DNA of 64,000 nt from an uncultured bacterium (GTDB lineage: Bacteria; Bacillota_I; Bacilli_A; RFN20; CAG-826). The stretch is from positions 30,395-94,394 of the forward strand of contig CASFCL010000002.1 in assembly GCA_949293255.1 (NCBI GenBank), given 5' to 3'. A program made the translations under genes and the position numbers. Shown piece after piece: positions 1-10,313 of the stretch. Within the stretch, counting starts at the first letter, position 1. The number at the start of each line of letters is the position of its first letter. The notes beneath the pieces are model-generated. The model was given only the letters and a program-made list of their open reading frames with translations. It was not told where the DNA came from and made no database searches.

Positions 1-1
1 C

Positions 2-283
2 TTTTATGAGAAAACTTTAAACTCAAGATTTGCTAAATTTAACGCTAAATTCACTGACTATATTATTGCAAAATCTTTAGAAGATAGGGAATTTGCAGTG
101 AATTTGCTTTTTAAATTGATAAAAAATGTAAAAAGCGAAGATAATGGAGAGGTTAGTTTAGATTTAAAAACTTCTATTAGATTATTAAGGATTGAATATC
201 AAAAAGAAAGTGAAGAAGTTAGAAAAAAAGCTCGTACAATGCTTAGCGAACTTATTAATGTAATAATAAAAGGATTGATTTAA
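2..283 (+). CDS. Hypothetical protein, 3' part only (runs off the left edge)
   Basis: The frame of ORF 98..283 is open back to position 2 (FYEKTLNSRF...), so the GTG at 98 is not the real start. No family recognised. Confidence 0.75.
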   Translation, partial: FYEKTLNSRFAKFNAKFTDYIIAKSLEDREFAVNLLFKLIKNVKSEDNGEVSLDLKTSIRLLRIEYQKESEEVRKKARTMLSELINVIIKGLI

Positions 284-287
284 AAAG

Positions 288-881
288 ATGAAATATCATA
301 TTTTTGGACATATAAAAACAGTTTTAACTCATAAACATTATGTGTTTATTTATTGTTGCAAATGTGGAATTCCTTTTAGAGGGTTCGTTCATGATTTTTC
401 TAAATTTTCTCCTTCTGAATTTTTCCCATCAAGTAAATATTATCAAGGTACTTCTTCTCCTATTTTAGTCCAAAGGCAATCTGAAGAAGGATATTCTTCT
501 ATAACTGTTCATCACACAAATAAAAATAAACACCATTTTGAATATTGGATTGATCTTTTTAAAGGTAATTTAGTTTTAAAACAAATGCCTTATAAGTACG
601 CAATTGAATATGTTTGTGATGTTATTGCAGCTAGTAAAACTTATAACAAGAAAAATTTTAAAAGAAATCTTCCTTTAGATTATTTTAATCAAAGAAAAGA
701 TAGTTACTTAATGGCAAAAGGTACAAAAGAATTTGTTACTAAACTTTTTGAAAAATATAGAGACTTCGGATTTAAAAAATTAAAGAAAAAATATACGAAA
801 AAACTGCATCAAGAAATATCTAAAAAATACCCTCAAACCGAGACTATTCCACTATTTTCTATAAGAAATTACATAAATTAA
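288..881 (+). CDS. DUF5662-like (HD-type) protein
   Basis: HK-x-VF...GFVHDFSKFSPSEF...HHTNKNKHHFEYW pattern matches my recollection of DUF5662. Confidence 0.7.
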   Translation: MKYHIFGHIKTVLTHKHYVFIYCCKCGIPFRGFVHDFSKFSPSEFFPSSKYYQGTSSPILVQRQSEEGYSSITVHHTNKNKHHFEYWIDLFKGNLVLKQMPYKYAIEYVCDVIAASKTYNKKNFKRNLPLDYFNQRKDSYLMAKGTKEFVTKLFEKYRDFGFKKLKKKYTKKLHQEISKKYPQTETIPLFSIRNYIN

Positions 882-887
882 AAATTT

Positions 888-944
888 TTTGGTAAATTTT
901 TGAAATTGCGACAATCTTGTTAGTATAAGGAGGTAGTAATTTCA
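888..944 (+). repeat. Copy 1 of ~48-nt structured repeat (element A) with SD in loop
   Basis: About 40 of 47 nt identical to the reverse complement of 24523..24570. Stem TGAAATTGC(901-909)/GTAATTTCA(936-944), AAGGAGGT at 927-934. Confidence 0.75.
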
Positions 945-1058
945 TGATTTAAATTTTAAATTTTATTTAAAATTATCTTTTCATTAAAAACGCATTTTCT
1001 TGATGTAGTATTCTCTAATATCTAGTAAAATATTACCGGCTAAAAAGGGGCGTATAAA

Positions 1059-2474
1059 ATGAAATTTGATGTAGCAATTGTTGGTGCCGGACCATGTGGT
1101 TATTTCTGTGCTTATGAATTAATAAATAAAAATCCAAATTTAAAAATTGCCTTAATTGACAGAGGCTTGGATATTAACAAAAGAAACTGTCCTGTTTTAA
1201 AACACACAATCGATAAATGTCCTGTTGGAAAATCTGGAAGACAAGAATGTTTTCCTGCTTGTTCTATCACTAATGGATTTGGTGGAGCAGGTGCATATAG
1301 TGACGGAAAATTCAATATAACTACCGAGTTTGGAGGATGGCTTGCAAATTATACTGGCGACGAAAAATTAATGGAATTAATCGATTATGCCGATAAAATT
1401 AACTTACATTTTGGTGCTACAGAAGTTATCACCGACCCAACTACCCCTAAAGTTAGAGAAATCGAACATAGAGCAATGTCTTATGGTGTTAAACTTTTAA
1501 GAAGTAAAGTTAGACATTTAGGAACTGAAGAAAACTTTAAAATTTTAAAGAAAATATATGATTATTTAGATACAAAAATCACTATGTTTTTCCAAAAGGA
1601 AGTAAACGATATTATCGTTAAAAACGGAAAAATATGTGGTTTAGAGTTTACTAATTCCGCTGACATTGAAGCTGATCATGTTGTTTTAGCTGTTGGAAGA
1701 GAAGGAAGCAAATGGCTTAATAACGTCTTTGAAAAACGCGGAATTAAAATGTCACAAAACCAAGTTGATATTGGTGTAAGAGTTGAAACCTCTAATTTAG
1801 TTATGGAAGAAATTAATAAAAACTTATATGAAGGTAAATTCTTATATAGAACATCATTTGGCACTACTGTTAGAACATTCTGCTCAAATCCATCAGGTCA
1901 TGTTGTTGTTGAAAACTATGAAGGTGTCGTTAATGTAAATGGACACTCTTATAACGATTCAAAATTAGGAAGTGAGAATACTAATTTTGCTCTTTTAGTT
2001 TCGCACCATTTTGAGGAACCATTTAATAAACCAAATGAATATGCATTAAAAGTTTCTTCGCTTGCCAATCAATTAGCTTGTGGAGGAGTTATTGTTCAAA
2101 GATTTGGAGATATTCTTGCTGGAAGAAGATCAACACCAAAAAGAATCAGAGAAAGTTTTATTAAACCAACTTTAAAAGAGGCTATCCCAGGAGATTTAAC
2201 TCTTGCTTTACCTCACAAAACAATGGCTTCTATTATTGAAATGATTAAGGTTTTAGATAAGATCACTCCAGGTCTTGCAACCGAACATACATTACTTTAT
2301 GGTGTTGAAGCTAAATACTATTCTGCACATCCTGAAACCACTAAACAACTTGAAGTTTCATCTATTAAAAATCTTTATGTTGGAGGAGATGGAGCAGGTA
2401 TCACAAGAGGCTTAGCTCAAGCTGGAGCATGTGGGATTTATATCGCAAGAAATATTATTGATTCTTTAAAATAA
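1059..2474 (+). CDS. NAD(P)/FAD-dependent oxidoreductase (COG2509-like, function unknown)
   Basis: N-terminal GAGPCG Rossmann motif, GFGGAGAYSDGK, C-terminal GDGAGITRGL. Confidence 0.85.
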   Translation: MKFDVAIVGAGPCGYFCAYELINKNPNLKIALIDRGLDINKRNCPVLKHTIDKCPVGKSGRQECFPACSITNGFGGAGAYSDGKFNITTEFGGWLANYTGDEKLMELIDYADKINLHFGATEVITDPTTPKVREIEHRAMSYGVKLLRSKVRHLGTEENFKILKKIYDYLDTKITMFFQKEVNDIIVKNGKICGLEFTNSADIEADHVVLAVGREGSKWLNNVFEKRGIKMSQNQVDIGVRVETSNLVMEEINKNLYEGKFLYRTSFGTTVRTFCSNPSGHVVVENYEGVVNVNGHSYNDSKLGSENTNFALLVSHHFEEPFNKPNEYALKVSSLANQLACGGVIVQRFGDILAGRRSTPKRIRESFIKPTLKEAIPGDLTLALPHKTMASIIEMIKVLDKITPGLATEHTLLYGVEAKYYSAHPETTKQLEVSSIKNLYVGGDGAGITRGLAQAGACGIYIARNIIDSLK

Positions 2475-2486
2475 GGAGGGTTTAGC

Positions 2487-3761
2487 ATGATTTATGTCAT
2501 CGAAGGAACACAATGGGGTGACGAAGGTAAAGGTAAAATTACTGATTATCTTGGTCAAAAAATGGATATTATAGTTAGACACCAAGGAGGTAATAACGCT
2601 GGTCACACTATTGTTATTGGCGAAGATAAATTTGCTTTATCAGCTCTCCCAAGTGGAATCGTAAATCCAAATATTACAAACGTTATCGCAAGCGGAGTTG
2701 TCCTTAATATTTCTCAACTTATTAGAGAACTTACAATGGTTAAGGAAAAGGGATTACCTTTTAAATTATTAATCTCAAATAGAGCACATATTATCATGCC
2801 TTATCATGTTGATCTTGATGGAGCTTATGAAGGATTGCTTTCAAAACACAAAATTGGAACAACAAAAAAAGGAATTGGTCCATGTTATCAAGATAAAGCT
2901 GCTCGTAGGGGCATCAGAGTTGGCGATTTATTAGAACCTTCTTACTTAAAAGAAAGACTTGCAAGCTGTCTTTTAATCAAAAATATGGAATTAAAATTAT
3001 TTGGAAAAGAAATCTATGATTTTAATTCTTTATATAAAAAGTTAATTCAATATGGTGAACTTTTAAAACCATATATTACTGATACTTCTAAATTTTTAAA
3101 TAAAGCAATTAAAGAAAATAAAAATATTTTATTTGAAGGTGCTCAAGGAAGTATGCTTTGTTTAAATTATGGAACTTATCCATATGTTACTTCTTCTTCA
3201 CCACTTGCAAACTCTGTACCATTAAACGCAGGTATTCCACCAAAATCAATTGATAAAGTAATCGGAATTATGAAAGCTTATACAACTAGAGTTGGTGAAG
3301 GTCCTTTTGTTACAGAATTACACGATAAAACTGCTAATCTTATTAGAACTAGAGGTCATGAATACGGAACTGTTACTAGAAGACCAAGAAGAGTTGGTTA
3401 TTTAGATTTAATGGTTGTTAAACACACCGTTGAACTTTCAGGTATGGATTCAGTAGCAATTATGTTACTCGATGTTTTAACAGGGGTAAAAGACTTAAAT
3501 GTTTGTGTTGGTTATAAATTAGATGGGCAAGAAATTGATTACATTCCTTCTACTATTAAAGAATTAGAAAGAGTTGTTCCAATTTATCGTTCGTTCCCAT
3601 CATGGCATGAAGATATTACTAAAGTTAGAAATTACGATGATCTTCCAAAAGAAGCCAAAGAATATATTGAATTTATTGAATCGTTCTTAGGTGTTCCGGC
3701 TTGTTTGATTTCAGTTGGACCAGAAAGAAACGACACAATTATTAAACACGATTTGTTTTAA
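2487..3761 (+). CDS. purA: Adenylosuccinate synthetase
   Basis: QWGDEGKGK, GGNNAGHT, EGAQG, GTYPYVTSS, TTRVGEGPF; SD GGAGG upstream. Confidence 0.97.
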   Translation: MIYVIEGTQWGDEGKGKITDYLGQKMDIIVRHQGGNNAGHTIVIGEDKFALSALPSGIVNPNITNVIASGVVLNISQLIRELTMVKEKGLPFKLLISNRAHIIMPYHVDLDGAYEGLLSKHKIGTTKKGIGPCYQDKAARRGIRVGDLLEPSYLKERLASCLLIKNMELKLFGKEIYDFNSLYKKLIQYGELLKPYITDTSKFLNKAIKENKNILFEGAQGSMLCLNYGTYPYVTSSSPLANSVPLNAGIPPKSIDKVIGIMKAYTTRVGEGPFVTELHDKTANLIRTRGHEYGTVTRRPRRVGYLDLMVVKHTVELSGMDSVAIMLLDVLTGVKDLNVCVGYKLDGQEIDYIPSTIKELERVVPIYRSFPSWHEDITKVRNYDDLPKEAKEYIEFIESFLGVPACLISVGPERNDTIIKHDLF

Positions 3762-3774
3762 TTAGGAGCATCTT

Positions 3775-5067
3775 ATGATTGATAGATATACAACAAAAGA
3801 AATGAGCAAAATATTCTCTTTAAAGAATAAATTTTCAAAATATTTATTAGTTGAAAAAGAAGTTTGCCACTATCTCTATAAAAATAATGTAATTTCTGAA
3901 GATGTGTATCTAAAAATTTTAAAAGATGCTAAATTTGACCTAAAAGGAATTCAAGAATTAGAAAAAGAAACAAAGCATGATGTTATCGCTTTTACAAGAA
4001 ACGTTTCTTCGTATTTAGGCGAAGAGAAAAAATGGATTCATTATGGATTAACCTCTACTGATGTTGTTGATACTGCTTCTGCTGTTATATATAAAGAAGC
4101 TAACAAAGTATTAATGAAAAGAATGCTTGAATTTAAAGATGCTTTAAAAGAAAAAGCCTTAGCTTATAAATACACTCCTTGTATTGGAAGAACACATGGA
4201 ATCCATGCTGATATTACATCATTTGGTTTAAAGTGGTGTTTATATTTTGATGAATTTAATAGGGATTTTGCAAGGTTTTTGATTGCAAAAGCTGAAATTG
4301 AGACCGGAAAGATTTCTGGTGCTGTCGGAACTTTTTCTCTTTTACCATCAAATTGCCAAGACTTTGTTTGTACTTGTTTAGGCATTAACTCTTCAAATAT
4401 TTCTACTCAAGTTTTACAAAGAGATCGTCATTCATTTTACTCTTCATGCATAACAGTTTTTGGTTCTTTACTTGAAAAAATTGCCCTCGAAATTAGAAAC
4501 CTTCAACGCACAGAAGTTCATGAAGTTGAAGAATATTTTTCTAAAAATCAAAAAGGTAGTTCAGCAATGCCACATAAGCATAATCCAATCGGAAGCGAAA
4601 ATATTTGTGGATGTGCAAGAATGTTAAGAGGATATAATGTTGCAATTTTAGAAGATAATGCACTATTTCATGAAAGAGATATTTCACATTCATCCGTTGA
4701 ACGTATCGCTTTAGCTGATTCAATTATCTTATTTGATTACATGCTTCAAAGAATGACATCAATTATTAAAAATTTAAATGTATATCCTGAAAATATGCTT
4801 AAAAACATTTCATTAACAAACAATGTTATTTATTCTCAATACGTAATGACAAGGTTGATTGAAAAAGGTTTTTCTAGAGAAAACGCATACGATCTTATCC
4901 AACCAATGGCCGTAAAAGCATACGAAGAAAACATAGACTTTTTTGACTTATTAAGAAAAAATCCTACTGTTTTGTCGGCTATTTCTATAGATGAATTAGA
5001 TAATTTTAAAGATTCAACATTCAAAAAACTTGATATTGATACTATTTATAAAAGAGTCGGTCTTTAA
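3775..5067 (+). CDS. purB: Adenylosuccinate lyase
   Basis: MIDRY, GLTSTDVVDT, GRTHG, GSSAMPHKHNP, HERDISHSSVER. Confidence 0.97.
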   Translation: MIDRYTTKEMSKIFSLKNKFSKYLLVEKEVCHYLYKNNVISEDVYLKILKDAKFDLKGIQELEKETKHDVIAFTRNVSSYLGEEKKWIHYGLTSTDVVDTASAVIYKEANKVLMKRMLEFKDALKEKALAYKYTPCIGRTHGIHADITSFGLKWCLYFDEFNRDFARFLIAKAEIETGKISGAVGTFSLLPSNCQDFVCTCLGINSSNISTQVLQRDRHSFYSSCITVFGSLLEKIALEIRNLQRTEVHEVEEYFSKNQKGSSAMPHKHNPIGSENICGCARMLRGYNVAILEDNALFHERDISHSSVERIALADSIILFDYMLQRMTSIIKNLNVYPENMLKNISLTNNVIYSQYVMTRLIEKGFSRENAYDLIQPMAVKAYEENIDFFDLLRKNPTVLSAISIDELDNFKDSTFKKLDIDTIYKRVGL

Positions 5068-6336
5068 TTAATTTGGAAGCGGATAATTCTTTAATAAATT
5101 AATAATTTCTTTTTTAATTTTTTCTAATAATTTTTCGTCATCTTTGTTGCTTAATACTTTATCAATATATTCAGCAACTTTTATAAATTCAGCTTCTTTA
5201 AACCCTCTAGTTGTCATGGCAGGAGTTCCTAATCTAATACCACTACAATAAGTTGGTTTTTCTTGATCGCCTGGAATTGAGTTTTTATTACAAGTAATAT
5301 TAACTTTTTCTAATAAAGTTTGTGCTTCTAATCCGGTTACGCCGTATTTTTCTTTAACATTAACTAATAAAAGATGGTTATCAGTTCCGCCACTAATTAC
5401 AGGACATCCTAATTCAATTAATTTATTTGCTAATGCTTTAGCGTTTTTACATACATTTTCTATATAAATTTTGTATTCTGGTTGTAAATCTTCATAAAAA
5501 GCTACTGCTTTCGCAGCAATTACATGCATTAAGGGTCCGCCTTGGCATCCTGGGAATACTTCTCTATTAATCTTTTTAATTAATTCTTCATCGTTAGTTA
5601 AAATGAGTCCACCTCGTGGTCCTCTAAGTGTTTTATGTGTAGTTGAAGTAACTACATGTGCATAAGAAACTGGATTTTGATGATAACCTGTGCAACAAAG
5701 TCCAGCAATATGAGCCATATCAACAAGTAAATATGCTCCGATTTCATCGGCAATTTTTCTAAATTCTTCAAAATCAATATTTCTAGGATAAGCACTTGCG
5801 CCTGCAATAATAAGATTTGGTTTTACTTCATGACAAATTTTTCTAACTTCATCATAATTAATAGTTCCGTTACTAACATCTACTCCATAGGTATAAGCTT
5901 CATAATCTTTTCCAGAAAAAGAAAGTTTATAACCGTGGGTTAAATGTCCTCCACTATCTAAAGACATTCCTAAAATTTTGTCACCTTTATTAATTAGTGC
6001 TCTTATTGCAGCCATATTAGCTTGAGATCCAGAATGGGGTTGTACATTTGCAAATTTTGCACCAAAAAGTTTTTTAGCTCTTTCGATTGCTAAAGTTTCA
6101 ACAACATCAACATATTCGCAACCGCCATAATAACGGTTTCCAGGGTAGCCTTCTGCATATTTGTTTGTTAAGACACTACCTTGAGCTTCCCTTACAGCCA
6201 TCGAAACAAAATTCTCGCTGGCAATAAGTTCGATGTTCTCGTTTTGCCTTCTTTCTTCTTTGGCTATTGCATCAAATAATTCTGAATCTGTTATTTTTAT
6301 ACTTTTTTTGTTTATCATAAGTCTAGATATAATCAT
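5068..6336 (-). CDS. glyA: Serine hydroxymethyltransferase (start may be ATG at 6318)
   Basis: [45 protein letters not shown]. Confidence 0.97.
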   Translation of the reverse strand: MIISRLMINKKSIKITDSELFDAIAKEERRQNENIELIASENFVSMAVREAQGSVLTNKYAEGYPGNRYYGGCEYVDVVETLAIERAKKLFGAKFANVQPHSGSQANMAAIRALINKGDKILGMSLDSGGHLTHGYKLSFSGKDYEAYTYGVDVSNGTINYDEVRKICHEVKPNLIIAGASAYPRNIDFEEFRKIADEIGAYLLVDMAHIAGLCCTGYHQNPVSYAHVVTSTTHKTLRGPRGGLILTNDEELIKKINREVFPGCQGGPLMHVIAAKAVAFYEDLQPEYKIYIENVCKNAKALANKLIELGCPVISGGTDNHLLLVNVKEKYGVTGLEAQTLLEKVNITCNKNSIPGDQEKPTYCSGIRLGTPAMTTRGFKEAEFIKVAEYIDKVLSNKDDEKLLEKIKKEIINLLKNYPLPN

Positions 6337-6430
6337 ATAACATTCTTAAGATTCTTTAAATTAAAAATTCTCTATTTTGTGTAATTGTTTTTGACTTTTA
6401 ATTTTCCTCAAAAACCTATAAATTTTTTGC

Positions 6431-6457
6431 AAAAACCTTGCAAAAACCAAATATTTT
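6431..6457 (+). repeat. Dispersed motif B (AAAAACCTTGCA-AAAACC-AAATATTTT), intergenic copy
   Basis: Matches copies at 13032, 34981, 39647, 44234 and in several CDS. TTGCAAAAACC is tandemly duplicated here (6427-6448). Confidence 0.7.
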
Positions 6458-6488
6458 TACAAATTTTTATAGATTTGAATAAAAATAA

Positions 6489-6508
6489 TAAATAGTATAT
6501 ACTATTTA
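6489..6508. promoter_or_regulatory. Perfect 20-bp palindrome over a TATACT -10 box, putative operator
   Basis: TAAATAGTATATACTATTTA, 21 nt before the ATG at 6530. Confidence 0.55.
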
Positions 6509-6529
6509 AGCAAATTTTGAGGTAACGAA

Positions 6530-7579
6530 ATGAGTAAAAGTAATGTTGTAAAAAAAGCAAACGTAGTAAAGCAAAAAAAGAAATTCCCATGGGGAAAAAT
6601 TTTCTATTATTTAAAAACTTTAATTAGTAACGAAAGAGTCGTTGATGTCGGGTTCCATACAAAATGGTATTGGTCCATCTTAGTAATGATCATCTCAATT
6701 GGTCTTTCAATAATTCCATTAGCAGTTAATACTGCTTCACAAAGAGGATCAAACTATCTTCAATATTCAACTCAATCAAACGTTTATTGGGATGAACCTT
6801 TTAGATATGGTTTACAAAAATTTGTTGAAGAAGGAACTGCTGATATTACATTCAATACCGAGACTAACAAAGCTTCTATCACTGGAACATTTGAAGGCAA
6901 TACTGTTTATGCATATAGAAGAACTATAAACGATGGTTCGGCAACCACTTCAAAACTAACATTAGAAATTTGTTATGCTTCTGAAGATTCATATGCCGCT
7001 ACATTAGAAAACTTACGTTCTTACGATATTGATGGAAACGCACGTTCTTCTTCATTTATTCTTTTTGGAGAAACAACTTTTGTTTCTTACGCTTATTCAA
7101 CCGGAACAACAACCTCTTCATCAATTTCTGGAAATTATAAAAATATGAGACAATTAGTTGGCGAAGGAACCACTACAATTTCATTAAAGTCATTCCTTTC
7201 TCAAGTTGATACCGGATCTTCAGTTACTTCCGATTCAATTTTTAATAATTATAAAACATTAGTTGACAACTTCTACATTGACAATTGTAATTACTTAACA
7301 GGTGTTTACATTGGAATTATTATTGCAGTCAATGTTGCTGTTGTCTTAATCATGTGGTTAGTCTTCTTCATTATGACAAGAGGAAAGAACAACCCATTAA
7401 AACCTTGGAAGTTCTATCACTTCTTTGGTGTTGCTTCATGGGCATCAATTACTCCAGCACTTTTATCATTAATCTTAGGATTTATGATGGCTGGTTACGA
7501 AATAATCTTATTTGTCTTAATTTATGGTTTCAGAGCTATGTGGTTAAGCATGAGACAATTAAGACCAGTTGTTCAATAA
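6530..7579 (+). CDS. Integral membrane protein of unknown function
   Basis: One N-terminal and three C-terminal hydrophobic segments around a Ser/Thr-rich extracellular region; SD GAGG. Confidence 0.8.
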   Translation: MSKSNVVKKANVVKQKKKFPWGKIFYYLKTLISNERVVDVGFHTKWYWSILVMIISIGLSIIPLAVNTASQRGSNYLQYSTQSNVYWDEPFRYGLQKFVEEGTADITFNTETNKASITGTFEGNTVYAYRRTINDGSATTSKLTLEICYASEDSYAATLENLRSYDIDGNARSSSFILFGETTFVSYAYSTGTTTSSSISGNYKNMRQLVGEGTTTISLKSFLSQVDTGSSVTSDSIFNNYKTLVDNFYIDNCNYLTGVYIGIIIAVNVAVVLIMWLVFFIMTRGKNNPLKPWKFYHFFGVASWASITPALLSLILGFMMAGYEIILFVLIYGFRAMWLSMRQLRPVVQ

Positions 7580-7592
7580 TTCAATTTAAATA

Positions 7593-7934
7593 TTAATCTT
7601 TCCAATCACTATCAGGATTTGATTTATTATCAATTGATAATTTTAATAGTCCTAAAATATCATCAATTTCTCTATAAATATATCCCTCTTTATAAACTAC
7701 AGGATTTTCATAATCAGCAGTAAAAATAACATGCTTATTTCTTTTTGTTGAATCAATAATTTCATCTACAATAAGTTCAAACTTACTTTCAAAATGATCT
7801 TTTATATATTCTAATTGCGTATAAAAATTAGGTTCAATATAACAATCACAATCTTCAATTTCAAAATGATCAATGTGTTTATAATCTTTGTCAGTTTTTA
7901 TAACTAATCCTTTATTAATAAATAAATCTTTCAT
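7593..7934 (-). CDS. Hypothetical acidic protein downstream of rlmH
   Basis: 113-aa ORF with SD AAGGAG; codon usage like its neighbours. Confidence 0.75.
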   Translation of the reverse strand: MKDLFINKGLVIKTDKDYKHIDHFEIEDCDCYIEPNFYTQLEYIKDHFESKFELIVDEIIDSTKRNKHVIFTADYENPVVYKEGYIYREIDDILGLLKLSIDNKSNPDSDWKD

Positions 7935-7948
7935 ATGATAACTCCTTT

Positions 7949-8419
7949 TTAATGATGATATGCTTCTTTATTTATAATTTTAAAAGCTCTATATATTTGT
8001 TCTACTAATATTAACCTTGCCATTTGATGTGGAAAAGTCATTTTACTAAAGCAAATTCTTGAATTTGCTCTTTTAATAACTTTTTCCGAAAATCCAAGAC
8101 TTCCACCTATCGCAATATTTATTGGAGAGCGACCTAAATCTATTAAATTTGATAAATTTTGAGAAAATTCTTCAGAAGTGTATTCTTTACCGTGCAAATC
8201 CATCAAAACTAAATAGTCATTTTGTTTTATTTTTTGAAGTAAGTCTTCTCCTTCTTTATCTTTAGTTGTTTTTTCGCCTAATCCTTGGATTTTTTGGTCT
8301 TTGATTTCAATTATTTTAATCTCGCAAAATTTTGAAAGTCTTTTAATATATTCATCAATTCCATCCTTAAAAAACTTTTCTTTTATTGAGCCAACAGCAA
8401 AAATATTTATTTTAATCAT
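7949..8419 (-). CDS. rlmH: 23S rRNA m3Psi1915 methyltransferase
   Basis: IGGSLG, SKMTFPHQMARLILVEQIYRAFKI...YHH. Confidence 0.95.
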   Translation of the reverse strand: MIKINIFAVGSIKEKFFKDGIDEYIKRLSKFCEIKIIEIKDQKIQGLGEKTTKDKEGEDLLQKIKQNDYLVLMDLHGKEYTSEEFSQNLSNLIDLGRSPINIAIGGSLGFSEKVIKRANSRICFSKMTFPHQMARLILVEQIYRAFKIINKEAYHH

Positions 8420-9860
8420 CTGATCTTGATGCTAATCTAGCAATATCTTCTTGGTTTGCAGGTTCATCGAATCTTCCAAATTCTTTAAAAAAATATAAGA
8501 ATGAAACACCTGTTTCACCATTTCTGTTTTTTGCAATCATTACATGAACTGTATCTGGAACTGGTTTTTTGTTAGGGTCATTAGGATTAAGAGGTTTAAC
8601 TTCTTCTGTTTTATCTTTATCCTTACCCTTTTTATTCAGAGAAATTCCTTGGCTTGTATAATAAGATTCTCTATATAAAAGTAAAACTTGGTCGGCATCT
8701 TGTTCAATAGCACCTGAAGATCTTAAATCAGCCATAGTTGGCTTTTTGCTATCTCTATCTTCAGCAGCTCTTTTAATTTGGCTTAAACATAAAATTGGAC
8801 AATTTAGTTCGCCTGCTAATTGTTTTAATCTTCTACTAAAGTAAGCAATTTTGACTTGTTCGGATTCAAATCTATGGCCACCTTCATTAATAAGACCGAT
8901 GTAATCGATCATAATCAAACCTAATTCGCCGAGATTTTCCTTTAATTTTCTACATTTTAAACATAATTCATCAATAGTTGTAGTTGATGCTGAATCAATA
9001 TACATTTTTACATCTTGCATTTCTTCAACTGCATCAGCAATCTTTAATCTATCCTTCTTATCAAGGAAACCAGTCATAATTTTCTTTAAATTTGTACTAG
9101 ATCTATTTGCAAAAAGTCTTTGCATGATAGATTTTGAATCCATTTCGAGTGAAAAAATAGCAACTGGTTTGCCACTTTTTTTAGCAGCAAGATAAGACAT
9201 ATTTAAAGCAAGTGCTGATTTACCAACAGAAGCACGAGCACCTAAAATAATCAAACTTCCAGGATTAAACCCGTTGATAATTTTATCAATATTTGGGAAT
9301 CCACAGCTTATACCTGTAATTGTATCAGCCGAACCATATGCAAGTTGAATTTGTGAACCAATAGTTTTTGCTAACTCACTAACTTTTTCAAAATCACCAA
9401 CTCTTCTTTTACTGGTAATATCGTTAATTTGCTTTTCACATTGAGAAATAAAGTCGGGAATATCTTTAATTTCTTTAGATTTGTAGAAATTTTGAATATC
9501 TCCAATTTTTATTAAAAGATTTCTTAAAATTGTTAAATCTTGTAATGATTTGATATAAAAATCAAGGTTACTAAAAGAAGTAACGTTATTTGTTAGCTCA
9601 ACTAAGTAATCAACGCCACCAACTACCTCTAATTTTTTTGTATTTTCAAGTTGTGATGTTACAGAAACAATATCAATAGGTTTATCTTGTTCTTGTAAGG
9701 CTAACATTACTTTAAAAATTTCTCTATTTTTAAAATTTGAACAATAAAAATCTTCTGGTGAAAGCGTTGTTAAAATATTGAAAGCTTGCTTTTTATCTAA
9801 TAAAGCAATACCCAAAACCGTTTTTTCAGCAAATTCGTTTTGTGGTAATTCGCCAGCCAT
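8412..9860 (-). CDS. dnaB: Replicative DNA helicase (Bacillus DnaC)
   Basis: ARASVGKS Walker A, FSLEM, DLRSSGAIEQDAD, IAKNRNG; follows rplI. Confidence 0.95.
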   Translation of the reverse strand: MAGELPQNEFAEKTVLGIALLDKKQAFNILTTLSPEDFYCSNFKNREIFKVMLALQEQDKPIDIVSVTSQLENTKKLEVVGGVDYLVELTNNVTSFSNLDFYIKSLQDLTILRNLLIKIGDIQNFYKSKEIKDIPDFISQCEKQINDITSKRRVGDFEKVSELAKTIGSQIQLAYGSADTITGISCGFPNIDKIINGFNPGSLIILGARASVGKSALALNMSYLAAKKSGKPVAIFSLEMDSKSIMQRLFANRSSTNLKKIMTGFLDKKDRLKIADAVEEMQDVKMYIDSASTTTIDELCLKCRKLKENLGELGLIMIDYIGLINEGGHRFESEQVKIAYFSRRLKQLAGELNCPILCLSQIKRAAEDRDSKKPTMADLRSSGAIEQDADQVLLLYRESYYTSQGISLNKKGKDKDKTEEVKPLNPNDPNKKPVPDTVHVMIAKNRNGETGVSFLYFFKEFGRFDEPANQEDIARLASRSDD

Positions 9861-10312
9861 TAATTTTTATCCTCCAAGACTTGAATTGTAATTGTCCCAA
9901 TAACGTTTTTATAAAGTTCAACTCTTAATTTGGTATAGCCAAAAGCATTAATTGTGAATTTATCGAGAATTTTTCTTTTATCAATTGTAATTTGATATTC
10001 ATCTTTAAGAGTTTTTTCAACTTCTTTTGTTGAAATTGTACCTGCCATTGAGCCGTTCTTTTGAGCTTTTGCAGTAAATTTAACAACAATTGTATCAAGT
10101 TGAGCTTTTATTTTTTCAGCTTCAGCTTTTAATTCACTTTGTCTTTTTTCTTCTTCGGCCTTTTGGTGATTTAATACTTTTACAGAACCTTCAGTTTTTC
10201 TTACAGCAAGTTTACGAGGAATTAAATAATTGGATGCATAGCCATCACTAACATTGATACATTCGCCTTTTTTACCTAATTTTTTTACATCTGCGAGTAA
10301 AATTACTTCCAT
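9860..10312 (-). CDS. rplI: 50S ribosomal protein L9
   Basis: MEVILLADVKKLGKKG...VSDGYASNYLIP. Confidence 0.97.
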   Translation of the reverse strand: MEVILLADVKKLGKKGECINVSDGYASNYLIPRKLAVRKTEGSVKVLNHQKAEEEKRQSELKAEAEKIKAQLDTIVVKFTAKAQKNGSMAGTISTKEVEKTLKDEYQITIDKRKILDKFTINAFGYTKLRVELYKNVIGTITIQVLEDKN

Positions 10313-10313
10313 A

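Noticed and set aside
882-1058. Purine riboswitch ahead of the purA-purB operon
   Set aside because: No conserved aptamer core (TATAAT...ATATGG...GTTTCTACC...CCGTAAA) is present.
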